Shown: piece by piece, positions 38,657 through 47,381 of the stretch
Position numbering within the stretch: the first letter of the stretch is position 1
Layout: every line of letters begins with the position of its first letter
NCBI GenBank assembly: GCA_964642615.1
Contig: CAZXSW010000006.1
Span: 8,885 to 72,884 of the forward strand
Source of the DNA: an uncultured Rikenellaceae bacterium
Lineage (GTDB): Bacteria; Bacteroidota; Bacteroidia; Bacteroidales; VadinHA17
Direction of reading: 5' to 3'
Length of the DNA stretch: 64,000 nucleotides
The notes under the pieces: generated by a model
The model's database searches: none
What the model was told of the DNA's origin: nothing
Seen by the model: only the letters and a program-made list of their open reading frames with translations
Program-made: the position numbers and the translations under genes

Positions 38657-40429
38657 ATGGGAAGCGAAGTATCCTCTGACGGATCGGATAATCAAGGTGT
38701 TCCTGATGGCAGGATGTCGGGAGAATGGTTGTTCCGTTCGGCATATTACCGTCTTGTGACCGGGGACCTCAACCTTCTTGACAATACTGTCAATAAATGG
38801 TTTTTCGAACAACTGATTTCATATTCCGTTTCAGCCTGCGATCTGTCACTGCTTCCCGCCCTTAGAAAAATAACAGGTGATAAAAGGCTTGGTGAAAGCC
38901 TCAGGCAAAAAGCATCAGAAGCATCAGAGCTGATTGAGGAATGCGAAAGAAAGACACGCAGGCCGGAGGGACTTTTATATCCTGCCCAGGGCATTTCAGT
39001 GATTGACATGGCAAGGGCCATCCTGGTCGGGACACGCAGGCCCCAGACCACCGAGATACTCCGCTTTCTGAAGGACAAAAGTCCGGGCGTCAGACGTATG
39101 GCACTCTACATAATAGGTAAATTCAGGATATCTGAGATGACCCAGGAGGTATGCATGTGCCTCTCCGACAATGAACTCTCAGGCGATGCGTTCGAAGTTC
39201 TGCAGTCGATGGGCCAGGATACTGGCGCTGATCTCAGGCGATACTACTTTGTTTCTTCAGGGAATCCTTTGATTTCTGCAGCCATTCTGAGGATACTGGG
39301 ATCTTTCTGCTCTGACGAGAATATGGAATTTATATATTCAAGGCTCTGGTCCGGCTCAAGATATATCCGTGAACTGGCCCTTGAACATCTTCTGAAATGC
39401 AGATATGCTGCAAATAAGGAGGAGACCATGAGAGTTGTCCCTCTTCTTTATGAGGTGAGTTCGACAATAGTCTGGTTACTGTCTGTTAAGATTTGTCTTA
39501 ACCGGAATAACAACCCTGAACTTCTGAAAGAGATCAACAGGGAATACAGTCAATGGAACTCCTTTATGGCCGGTTTGCTTAAAATCATCGATACTGAATC
39601 CCTGAAAGCCCTGAGATCGTTAAAGCCCTTTCATCTCTTGCATCAGGATGACAATCCTGCGAAAGAGGTTATTGAAATAATCTCATATATCACAGGCGAT
39701 CCCCAGCCCGAAACAGACGGTTCGTTCCGTGATGCGGCAGACGAGGAAAAGAAGTACCGTAAGCTGAAGAAATACTTTCTTTCTGAAATCCCCGGTTACC
39801 CCTCAGTCGTGGAAGATATTATAAACTGCGACTATAATGTTGCCGGGGTCTGGACAAAGGTGGCTGCGATCAGATCTGTCAGAAGCCTGGAAGACAGCAA
39901 TACAAGGGAATCGGTTGTTGCTCTTATGTTCAGCAGAGAGGCCATTCTCAGGGAAGAGGCTGCACTGCTCATAAGCCGGTATGACAGGGAGAGCTATAAT
40001 AATATTTCGGCTCGGTTGAGAGAGAAGAAGCATACCGACAGAATTGTAAGCGGGGAAATTCATGATGCGGAACTGGTAAGAAGCAAGACTCTTTTCCTTT
40101 CTTCATTCTTCAATGGCATCCATGAAGAAATGATGGTACAGGCTGCAGGGAAAATGCAATTTATAACAGGCGGTAATCCCTTGCCTGGTTTCGTAAGTCC
40201 GGGCTTTGTTCTCTGGAGTTTCAGGGAGGAGGGCGCGAAACCTTATCTTCTCATCTTTCATGAGGGAACGGGTGATGCTGACGAAAGACTTAATCATGTG
40301 AGTGGAGGAACATACAGGTTCCACTACCTGCTTCCGCTTACCGTTGTCCGGGAGTTCTGCATCCTCCATCCTGCTCATGCAAATGATGTTATAAAACTAC
40401 TGGATGTAAATGAAGAATTACTTACATAA
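38657..40429 (+). CDS. Hypothetical HEAT/ARM-like repeat protein with a possible degenerate cyclic-nucleotide-binding-like C-terminal domain
   Basis: 590 aa. HEAT-type helices are present (RFLKDKSPGVRRMALYIIGKF; SRYIRELALEHLLKC; NTRESVVALMFSREAILREEAALLISRY). The last ~120 aa (LFLSSFFNGIHEEMMVQAAGKMQF...VLWSFREEGAKPYLLIFHEGTG) resemble a cNMP-binding barrel by eye, but no clear phosphate-binding cassette is seen. The CDS itself is confident and the function is not. Confidence 0.6.
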   Translation: MGSEVSSDGSDNQGVPDGRMSGEWLFRSAYYRLVTGDLNLLDNTVNKWFFEQLISYSVSACDLSLLPALRKITGDKRLGESLRQKASEASELIEECERKTRRPEGLLYPAQGISVIDMARAILVGTRRPQTTEILRFLKDKSPGVRRMALYIIGKFRISEMTQEVCMCLSDNELSGDAFEVLQSMGQDTGADLRRYYFVSSGNPLISAAILRILGSFCSDENMEFIYSRLWSGSRYIRELALEHLLKCRYAANKEETMRVVPLLYEVSSTIVWLLSVKICLNRNNNPELLKEINREYSQWNSFMAGLLKIIDTESLKALRSLKPFHLLHQDDNPAKEVIEIISYITGDPQPETDGSFRDAADEEKKYRKLKKYFLSEIPGYPSVVEDIINCDYNVAGVWTKVAAIRSVRSLEDSNTRESVVALMFSREAILREEAALLISRYDRESYNNISARLREKKHTDRIVSGEIHDAELVRSKTLFLSSFFNGIHEEMMVQAAGKMQFITGGNPLPGFVSPGFVLWSFREEGAKPYLLIFHEGTGDADERLNHVSGGTYRFHYLLPLTVVREFCILHPAHANDVIKLLDVNEELLT

Positions 40430-43400
40430 TATGTCTTCGGGAAAAACTAAGATATTTTTAAATAATCCCTTTCCGGGTCTCAGGCCTTACAGCACCGATG
40501 AGAAGGAACTGTTTTTCGGCCGTGAGGCTGAAGGTCCTGAGATTCTTACAAAGCTTCTGGCCAACAGATTTCTGGCAGTGACCGGATCCCCGGGAAGCGG
40601 GAAGACCTCACTCATAAACTGCATAATCATTCCTGGTCTGAGAGCGATGACCGGCGCCGGAGAAAAAGGGGTGAAGGTCCTTTATTTCAGTTCCGGAGCT
40701 GACCCCCTTGCAGGACTTGTAAAAGTACTCAGGCGTGAACTTTCAACACTTTGTTCCGACGATGAATGCAACGAACTTACCGGGGAAATAATTAATACAG
40801 TTGAGCCCTCGGCAGAAAAGGTGTTTAGGAAGATCAGCGGTGACGGGAAGACAAAGTTACTTATTATTGCCGATAGGTTTGGCGATATCTTCAGTTCAGA
40901 TATTCAACCCTCACCCGGGGAGAAGCAGGCAGGGAGCATGGCGCTGATAAATATTCTTACGGCTGCTGTGAGTATGGCATCACCGGAAGTGTTCGTTGTG
41001 GTGGCTATGGATGCCGGACAGATTTCTGCCTGTGCACAGTTCAAAGCCTTATCAAGGCTAATTACTGGCAGTAACTATGTTGTTCCATGGATGGGCCGCG
41101 ATTATTGCAGGGATGTGGCAGAGAAGCCGGTGATTAAAGCGGGGGCCTTAATTGATGATGAGCTTACATTGGTACTTGCCGGTGATGCCGGGAAGGATCC
41201 GGGAACGCTTCCCCTGGTTCAGCATGCACTTATGAGGACCTGGGAGCAGTGGGAGCAATCGGGCTATCATGGTAATCCTCTTGGGATAACCGACTACAGG
41301 ATTGCCGGCGGGGTAGGATCTTCGGTTTCACTGCACGGAGATGAGATCTACGGGCATCTGGATGAGAATGAAAAACAAATTTGCGAAAAGCTTTTCAAGG
41401 CAATAACCGGTAAAGGAAGTGACAACAGGGCAATACGGCGTCCTCTTTCATTTTCTTCCCTGCAGTCTGTCACAGGCTGTACAGCTGATGAACTTAAAGC
41501 CGTTGCCGGAAGGTTCAGTGATCCATCAGTATCTTTTCTCACTCCGGGATCAGAAGTAGTTCCCGATGGCGATACCATAGTCGACCTTTCATATGAATGT
41601 CTTATAAACAGCTGGGAAAGGCTCAGGAACTGGGTCGATGAAGAAGCAGCATCGGTGAAGGTCTATATGTTTCTGTCCGAGGCTTCCTCACTTTTTCAGC
41701 AGGGGCGCCGGGGCCTGCTTGAACAGCCTGATCTGCAGGCAGCCATTGAATGGAGGAACAGGTATAAACCAGCACTTGGATGGGCGCAGCGATACGATCC
41801 TGCTTTTGAAAGGGCAATGGTTTATCTTAGAACCAGTGAAAAGGAGTATAGTGATAAAGAAAACAGGAAATACCTCCTCCGGAGACAGAAAACAAGAAGA
41901 AACCGTATCCTTTCAGGGATTCTTGGAGGAACAGCGCTACTGGCTTCCATCCTTACCATTTATGCGCTTTTTATGAGATACTCGGCCCGGGACAGGCTGA
42001 GAGAGGCTGAAGCAGGGGTGGTTGAGCTGGCAGCCAGGAAAGATGCAGCCGAGCAGTATGCAGCCATCGTTCTTAAAAACACCGTTGCCACTGACTCCGT
42101 CATTTCGGCTATGACAAGTCATTTTGAAGAGACTCAAAGGCTACTCGATGAAAAAAGCAATATGATCGCCCTTGTCGAAAATGAAATTTCTGCTGAGAGA
42201 GGAATCAGAACCGGAGTGTTGCTACAATACGACTCTGTTGTTAAGGAGAAGAAGATGACGGACAGCAACCTCAGGCAGGTAATAACCGAAAGGGATGAGA
42301 CACGGCGCAGGAGAATGCTCGCCGTTGCCCGTTCCATGTCGCTCAGATCACTTAAGAGTGAAGAACCCATTGACCTGAGAACACTGCTTGCTTACCAGGC
42401 TTATCTGTTCAACAGGAGGAACGACGGACTACAAAATGATGCAGATATTTATCACGGACTTTACCAGGTTGCAAAGGAGAAAGGGCATCCTTACATTGAA
42501 TCGTTCGAGGGACATTCGGGAGAAATTACAGGTATTGCCTTTGTCCCCGGCCGTAAGGAATTTTTTACCTCAGGTACCGATGGCAAGGTAATTAAATGGG
42601 ATATGAACGGAAACAGGACAGGCCTCGAAATCATCTGGTCCGACGGAGATATTGCCGATGTCCTGGCCGTTAGTCCCGATGCAGGCTGGCTGGCCTGCGG
42701 AGGAAGGAACTCCACCATAAGGCTGATACCTGTTGAAGGGACGGGACTTGGTTATGAACTTAAAGGACACAGTGGCAGAATAACCTCGCTTGCCTTTTCA
42801 TATGACGGAGAGTACCTTTATTCCTCAGCCCATGACGGGAAAGTCTTTAAATGGAGCCTTAGGGCAAGGACCTCTACTGATGTTACAACAGGTGAAAAGG
42901 GAATAATATCAGTCGACCTTTCTTTCGACGGAAGAAGTCTTGCAGGGATCACCTCCGACGGAGGAGCTGTGGTATGGGATCAGCAGAACGGAAAGCCGGT
43001 CTTTTCACTTGGGCCTTCTGAAAGAAGAATTACCAGTCTCAGGTTTCAGCCCGGAGGAAACAGACTTGCAGCAGGTTACGATGACGGGCAGGTTGAGATA
43101 TGGGATGCCCGCGATGGGTCGAAGATATGGGAAGCCAGGGCCCATGAAAAAGAGGTTACTGGCATAAGGTTCAACGGAGGTAAATCCCAGATGGCAACGG
43201 CCGGCAGGGATGGGATTATGAAGTTGTGGGATACCGGCCATCCTGCCGGGCTGCCTGTAATATTCAGCGATAACACAGGACCGGTTGTCGCTATCGAATT
43301 CAGCCCTGACGGGAATCTTATAGTTTCGGCGACAGAGTCAGAAAAAGATAATCTGAAGGCAAGGCCTGCTTCAACAGATCTTCTGGCCGGTGATATCTCC

Positions 43401-43520
43401 CGGAAGTTAACAAGGAACTTTACCCGTGGCGAATGGATGGCATATGTGGGTGATGATATTGAATATGAAGAGACTGTCAGCAGGTCTGATTATAATATAC
43501 TGATAAAAGAATTAAAGTAG
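40410..43520 (+). CDS. STAND-type P-loop NTPase (FFGRE motif + Walker A) - hydrophobic helix - coiled coil - 7-bladed WD40 repeat protein
   Basis: 1036 aa. The motif order is PFPGLRPYSTDEKELFFGRE, then Walker A GSPGSGKTS (nt 40584-40610), then Walker-B-like LLIIADRFGD, then LPLVQHALMRTWE. RRQKTRRNR precedes the helix ILSGILGGTALLASILTIYALFM (nt 41907-41975), which is followed by a charged heptad-like segment. Seven WD40-like blades span nt 42504-43345 (GHSGEITGIAF..DGKVIKWD, GHSGRITSLAF..DGKVFKWS, AHEKEVTGIRF..DGIMKLWD and others). The start overlaps the upstream ORF, and an alternative ATG lies at 40431. Confidence 0.85.
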   Translation: MKNYLHNMSSGKTKIFLNNPFPGLRPYSTDEKELFFGREAEGPEILTKLLANRFLAVTGSPGSGKTSLINCIIIPGLRAMTGAGEKGVKVLYFSSGADPLAGLVKVLRRELSTLCSDDECNELTGEIINTVEPSAEKVFRKISGDGKTKLLIIADRFGDIFSSDIQPSPGEKQAGSMALINILTAAVSMASPEVFVVVAMDAGQISACAQFKALSRLITGSNYVVPWMGRDYCRDVAEKPVIKAGALIDDELTLVLAGDAGKDPGTLPLVQHALMRTWEQWEQSGYHGNPLGITDYRIAGGVGSSVSLHGDEIYGHLDENEKQICEKLFKAITGKGSDNRAIRRPLSFSSLQSVTGCTADELKAVAGRFSDPSVSFLTPGSEVVPDGDTIVDLSYECLINSWERLRNWVDEEAASVKVYMFLSEASSLFQQGRRGLLEQPDLQAAIEWRNRYKPALGWAQRYDPAFERAMVYLRTSEKEYSDKENRKYLLRRQKTRRNRILSGILGGTALLASILTIYALFMRYSARDRLREAEAGVVELAARKDAAEQYAAIVLKNTVATDSVISAMTSHFEETQRLLDEKSNMIALVENEISAERGIRTGVLLQYDSVVKEKKMTDSNLRQVITERDETRRRRMLAVARSMSLRSLKSEEPIDLRTLLAYQAYLFNRRNDGLQNDADIYHGLYQVAKEKGHPYIESFEGHSGEITGIAFVPGRKEFFTSGTDGKVIKWDMNGNRTGLEIIWSDGDIADVLAVSPDAGWLACGGRNSTIRLIPVEGTGLGYELKGHSGRITSLAFSYDGEYLYSSAHDGKVFKWSLRARTSTDVTTGEKGIISVDLSFDGRSLAGITSDGGAVVWDQQNGKPVFSLGPSERRITSLRFQPGGNRLAAGYDDGQVEIWDARDGSKIWEARAHEKEVTGIRFNGGKSQMATAGRDGIMKLWDTGHPAGLPVIFSDNTGPVVAIEFSPDGNLIVSATESEKDNLKARPASTDLLAGDISRKLTRNFTRGEWMAYVGDDIEYEETVSRSDYNILIKELK

Positions 43521-43697
43521 ATATATTTGCAGCGCCGGAAAACATATTCCTGTAGCGGGGAGAGGATCAGTCAGGCCTTAAAACAGGCGGCGGGTTCCCT
43601 GCCGGGTTAATGGATCGTTTCTGGCAAATCAAAATACATGATATGTTGAACCCTTTATAGGGTTTAAGGTTTGAAAAATAGAAACGTATATAAAAAA

Positions 43698-45221
43698 ATG
43701 GAATACAGGAAGACTTTATTAATGATACTCGACGGCTGGGGAATAGGAGATGGTTCTGCCGCAGATGTTATCAGCCAGGTTCCCACGCCGGAACTTACAT
43801 ATTTTAAAAATAACTATCCCAGTTCACGCCTTCTTGCCTCAGGCGAGGACGTCGGACTACCCGACGGGCAGATGGGTAATTCGGAGGTGGGACATCTTAA
43901 TATAGGTGCCGGCCGCATTATCTATCAGGATCTTGTAAAGATAAACAGGGAATGCAAAACAGGGGAGATAAGAAACAACGAGGTACTCACTGAAGCATTA
44001 TCCTACGCAAGGGATAAGGGCAGGCAGGTCCATTTCATGGGACTTCTGTCAGACGGGGGGGTTCATTCCCTTGACAGGCACCTGTACTATCTGTGCGATA
44101 TGACAAAAGAGTATGGAATCAGCAATGTATTTATACATGGCTTTGGCGACGGCAGGGACACCGATCCGAGAAGCGGAGCAGGATATATGAGGAACCTTGT
44201 TGAACATCTTAAGACATCGAATGGCAGGGTGGCCTCTTTTATTGGCAGATACTATGCCATGGACAGGGACAAGAGATGGGAAAGGGTCAGGGAAGCCTAC
44301 GACCTTATTGTAAACGGAAAAGGCACGCCGGTCACTGATGTTGTTGAAGCCATGGAGCAGTCGTACAGGGATGAAGTCACCGACGAGTTCATGAAACCGT
44401 TTGTTGTGGTGGATGATGAAGGAAATCCTGTCGGGAAGCTGAAGGATGGTGATGTTGTAATATTCTTCAACTTCAGAAACGATCGTGCAAAAGAACTCAC
44501 CATTGCTCTTACCCAGAAGGATATGCCGGAGTTCGGTATGAAAACAATGCCGCTTCACTATTGTACAATGACTCCCTATGATGCCACATTCAAGGGTCTG
44601 CATGTAATATATCCAAAGGAAAATGCAGGCAATACAATAGGGGAAGTTATATCAAAAGCGGGCAGAGCTCAGCTGAGGATTGCCGAGACTGAAAAATACG
44701 CCCATGTGACTTTCTTTTTCTCGGGAGGCAGGGAGGAGGTCTTTGAAAACGAAGACAGGATACTAATCCCCTCTCCAAAGGTAGCAACTTACGACCTTCA
44801 GCCCGAGATGAGTGCCTATAGTGTCAGGGATGCTGTTGTAAAGGCTATCGGGACGGGGAAATATGATTTTATATGCCTCAATTTTGCAAACGGTGACATG
44901 GTAGGGCATACGGGTATATATGAAGCTATAAGGAAAGCCGTTGCCACTGTTGATGAGTGTGCTGGTACAGTTATCAGGGCTGCAAGGGCAAACGGATATG
45001 ATGTTCTTGTTATTGCCGACCACGGTAATGCCGACAAAGCTCTTAATGAAGACGGTTCGCCAAATACTGCACATTCGCTTAATCCGGTTCCCTGTATACT
45101 CGTTAGCGATGACTTTAAAAATATTAATGAGGGAATACTTGCCGACGTGGCCCCCACTTTGCTTAATATCATGGGAATTGAAATCCCCGCTGATATGACC
45201 GGAAAGGTCCTTGTCAGCTGA
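43698..45221 (+). CDS. gpmI: 2,3-bisphosphoglycerate-independent phosphoglycerate mutase
   Basis: The track ORF starts at TTG 43671. I prefer the ATG at 43698 ([15 protein letters not shown]). Motifs LDGWG and [13 protein letters not shown] are present, along with the C-terminal ADHGNA. Confidence 0.93.
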   Translation: MEYRKTLLMILDGWGIGDGSAADVISQVPTPELTYFKNNYPSSRLLASGEDVGLPDGQMGNSEVGHLNIGAGRIIYQDLVKINRECKTGEIRNNEVLTEALSYARDKGRQVHFMGLLSDGGVHSLDRHLYYLCDMTKEYGISNVFIHGFGDGRDTDPRSGAGYMRNLVEHLKTSNGRVASFIGRYYAMDRDKRWERVREAYDLIVNGKGTPVTDVVEAMEQSYRDEVTDEFMKPFVVVDDEGNPVGKLKDGDVVIFFNFRNDRAKELTIALTQKDMPEFGMKTMPLHYCTMTPYDATFKGLHVIYPKENAGNTIGEVISKAGRAQLRIAETEKYAHVTFFFSGGREEVFENEDRILIPSPKVATYDLQPEMSAYSVRDAVVKAIGTGKYDFICLNFANGDMVGHTGIYEAIRKAVATVDECAGTVIRAARANGYDVLVIADHGNADKALNEDGSPNTAHSLNPVPCILVSDDFKNINEGILADVAPTLLNIMGIEIPADMTGKVLVS

Positions 45222-45316
45222 AAAGACCTTAACAGCTTATCCTTTCCGGTTCCGGATGAAATCATACTGATCCGTCTCAGGGAAAGTATAACGAAAAATG
45301 TTCTGAACAGGCCGAT

Positions 45317-45892
45317 ATGTTAAGAATAGGAGATACCATTTTCAGCCTAGATGTCATCGAAAAGAAATTCAGGTGCAATCTGCCATCGTGTCTTGGAAAC
45401 TGTTGCAGGTACGGGGATTCGGGGGCTCCCCTTACCAGGGAGGAAGCTGACATACTTGATACGATATGGCCCCTGATAAAGGATTATCTGCGGCCTGAAG
45501 GAGTTGCGGCAATTGAGGAGAAAGGAACCAGCGAACGCGACTTTGAGAATGACCTGGTAACACCCCTGATAGGCAATGAGGAGTGCGCCTATACTATTGT
45601 TGAAGGTAACATATTCATGTGTGCTGTTGAAAAGGCCTGGGCTGATGGGAAAGTTGATTTCAGAAAACCCCTTTCATGCCATCTGTTTCCTGTGAGAATC
45701 AAAAAATACAGGGATTTTACAGCAGTTAATTATCAGGAACTGGCTATATGTTCGGCTGCCCGCGAATTCGGGGAAGCTGAAGGAGTCTATGTTTACAGTT
45801 TCCTGAAGGAACCTCTTGTAAGGGCCCTCGGGGAGGAACTGTATAACGAACTGTGCATTGCAGCAAATGAATTAAAAAAGAGGAAAAAATAA
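45317..45892 (+). CDS. DUF3109-family cysteine-rich protein
   Basis: 191 aa. The N-terminus IGDTIFSLDVIEKKFRCNLPSCLGNCCRYGDSGAPLTREEADIL matches the DUF3109 pattern as I remember it. Its stop overlaps the next ATG (TAATG). Confidence 0.7.
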   Translation: MLRIGDTIFSLDVIEKKFRCNLPSCLGNCCRYGDSGAPLTREEADILDTIWPLIKDYLRPEGVAAIEEKGTSERDFENDLVTPLIGNEECAYTIVEGNIFMCAVEKAWADGKVDFRKPLSCHLFPVRIKKYRDFTAVNYQELAICSAAREFGEAEGVYVYSFLKEPLVRALGEELYNELCIAANELKKRKK

Positions 45893-47262
45893 TGAGAACA
45901 GTAACAGAGTATATTTCAGCCAACAGTGAAAGGTTTCTTGTCGAACTGGCAGGTCTGATCAGGATACCCTCGGTAAGTGCCAGGGAAGAGAATAAGGAAG
46001 ATATGTTTCGTGCAGCGGATTATCTCAGGGAGTCGCTTATAAAAGCAGGGGCAACCAGTGCAGGGATATTTCAGACGGCTGGCAATCCTGTTGTATATGC
46101 TGAGAAGATCGTTGGTAATGACAGGCCCACAGTTCTGATCTACGGGCATTATGATGTTCAGCCTGCCGAACCTCTTGACCAGTGGAAAACCGAGCCTTTC
46201 GAGGCTGTGATCAAGGACGGACGGATATGGGGACGGGGGGCGGATGATGACAAGGGTCAGCTCTTTATGCATGTGAAGGCATTTGAGATAATGAATAACA
46301 CCGGAACCCTGGCCTGCAATATCAAGTTTATGATAGAGGGGGAAGAGGAGATCGGGTCGGCAAACCTTGAAAAATTCTGTACCGACAACAGGGAAATGCT
46401 CGCAGCCGATGTAATCCTTATTTCGGATACAACTATGGTTGCTGAAGGTGTACCTTCAATTACATCAGGGTTAAGAGGACTCAGTTACATGGAGGTTGAG
46501 GTCAGGGGGCCTGAACGTGATCTTCACTCGGGACTTTACGGCGGGGCCGTTTTAAATCCATGTAATGTGCTGTGTGAGATGATTGCCTCCCTGAAGGATA
46601 TGAACAACCGGATAACCATACCCGGGTTTTATGATGATGTCAGGGAATGTGATGAAGAAGAGAGGAAGGTAATGGCAGAACGGCCTTTCGACAGGGAAGC
46701 ATTCGCGAAGTCGATAGGCGTTACCAGGCTAGGCGGGGAGGCAGGTTATTCAGATACTGAAAGAATAGGCATCAGGCCTACACTCGACGTAAACGGGATA
46801 TGGGGAGGATTTACCGGTGAAGGGACAAAGACAATAATACCTTCAAAAGCGTCTGCAAAGATATCGATGAGGCTTGTTCCCTATCAGGATCCTGAGAAGG
46901 TGGCTAAACTTTTTGAAGAATTCTTAAGTTCAATAGCTCCGGAAGGGATATCTGTAAAAACAAGTTATCTGCACGGAGGGCAGGCTTATGTCAGTCTGGT
47001 AGAAACAGTTGAATATCAGGCAGCAGCGCTGGCGATAAGGGATACTTTCGGGAAAAAACCCATACCTGTAAGGAGCGGAGGTAGCATCCCGATTGTTTCA
47101 ACTTTTGAAAAGGTTTTAGGAATTAAGTCCATACTGATGGGATTCGGGCTTGATACCGACGCCATCCACTCACCTAACGAAAATTTCCCTTTAGTAAATT
47201 TCTATAAAGGTATTGAGACCATCCCTCTCTTTTTCAGTCACTATTCCGGATTGAAAAAGTAG
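45892..47262 (+). CDS. M20-family metallopeptidase (dipeptidase-like)
   Basis: 456 aa with the metal-ligand motifs GHYDVQP, GRGADDDKG and EGEEEIGS. Confidence 0.85.
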   Translation: MRTVTEYISANSERFLVELAGLIRIPSVSAREENKEDMFRAADYLRESLIKAGATSAGIFQTAGNPVVYAEKIVGNDRPTVLIYGHYDVQPAEPLDQWKTEPFEAVIKDGRIWGRGADDDKGQLFMHVKAFEIMNNTGTLACNIKFMIEGEEEIGSANLEKFCTDNREMLAADVILISDTTMVAEGVPSITSGLRGLSYMEVEVRGPERDLHSGLYGGAVLNPCNVLCEMIASLKDMNNRITIPGFYDDVRECDEEERKVMAERPFDREAFAKSIGVTRLGGEAGYSDTERIGIRPTLDVNGIWGGFTGEGTKTIIPSKASAKISMRLVPYQDPEKVAKLFEEFLSSIAPEGISVKTSYLHGGQAYVSLVETVEYQAAALAIRDTFGKKPIPVRSGGSIPIVSTFEKVLGIKSILMGFGLDTDAIHSPNENFPLVNFYKGIETIPLFFSHYSGLKK

Positions 47263-47338
47263 TATAAAATGGTATGTCAAAATCTGCCGGGAGGCTTAAA
47301 AAATCGAATCCGAAGTATTGTAGATTTTAAAAAAACGG

Positions 47339-47346
47339 TATCTTTG
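47339..47346 (+). promoter_or_regulatory. Candidate -7 promoter element TAnnTTTG (TATCTTTG) for the SusC/D-like locus
   Basis: Exact consensus match 36 nt upstream of the ATG at 47382. An ATTG lies 18 bp upstream as a weak -33 element. Confidence 0.45.
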
Positions 47347-47381
47347 GCAGGTTAAGTTAGTAAAACCTAAATCTATTTAGT

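Noticed and set aside
38574-43670. Possibility that the HEAT + STAND-WD40 module is a mobile genomic island.
   Set aside because: I found no integrase, transposase or tRNA, and no direct or inverted repeats shared between the left (38574-38656) and right (43521-43670) junctions. By eye there is no obvious compositional break. Horizontal origin is not excluded, but it is unsupported by this sequence, and a quantitative GC/k-mer scan was not done.
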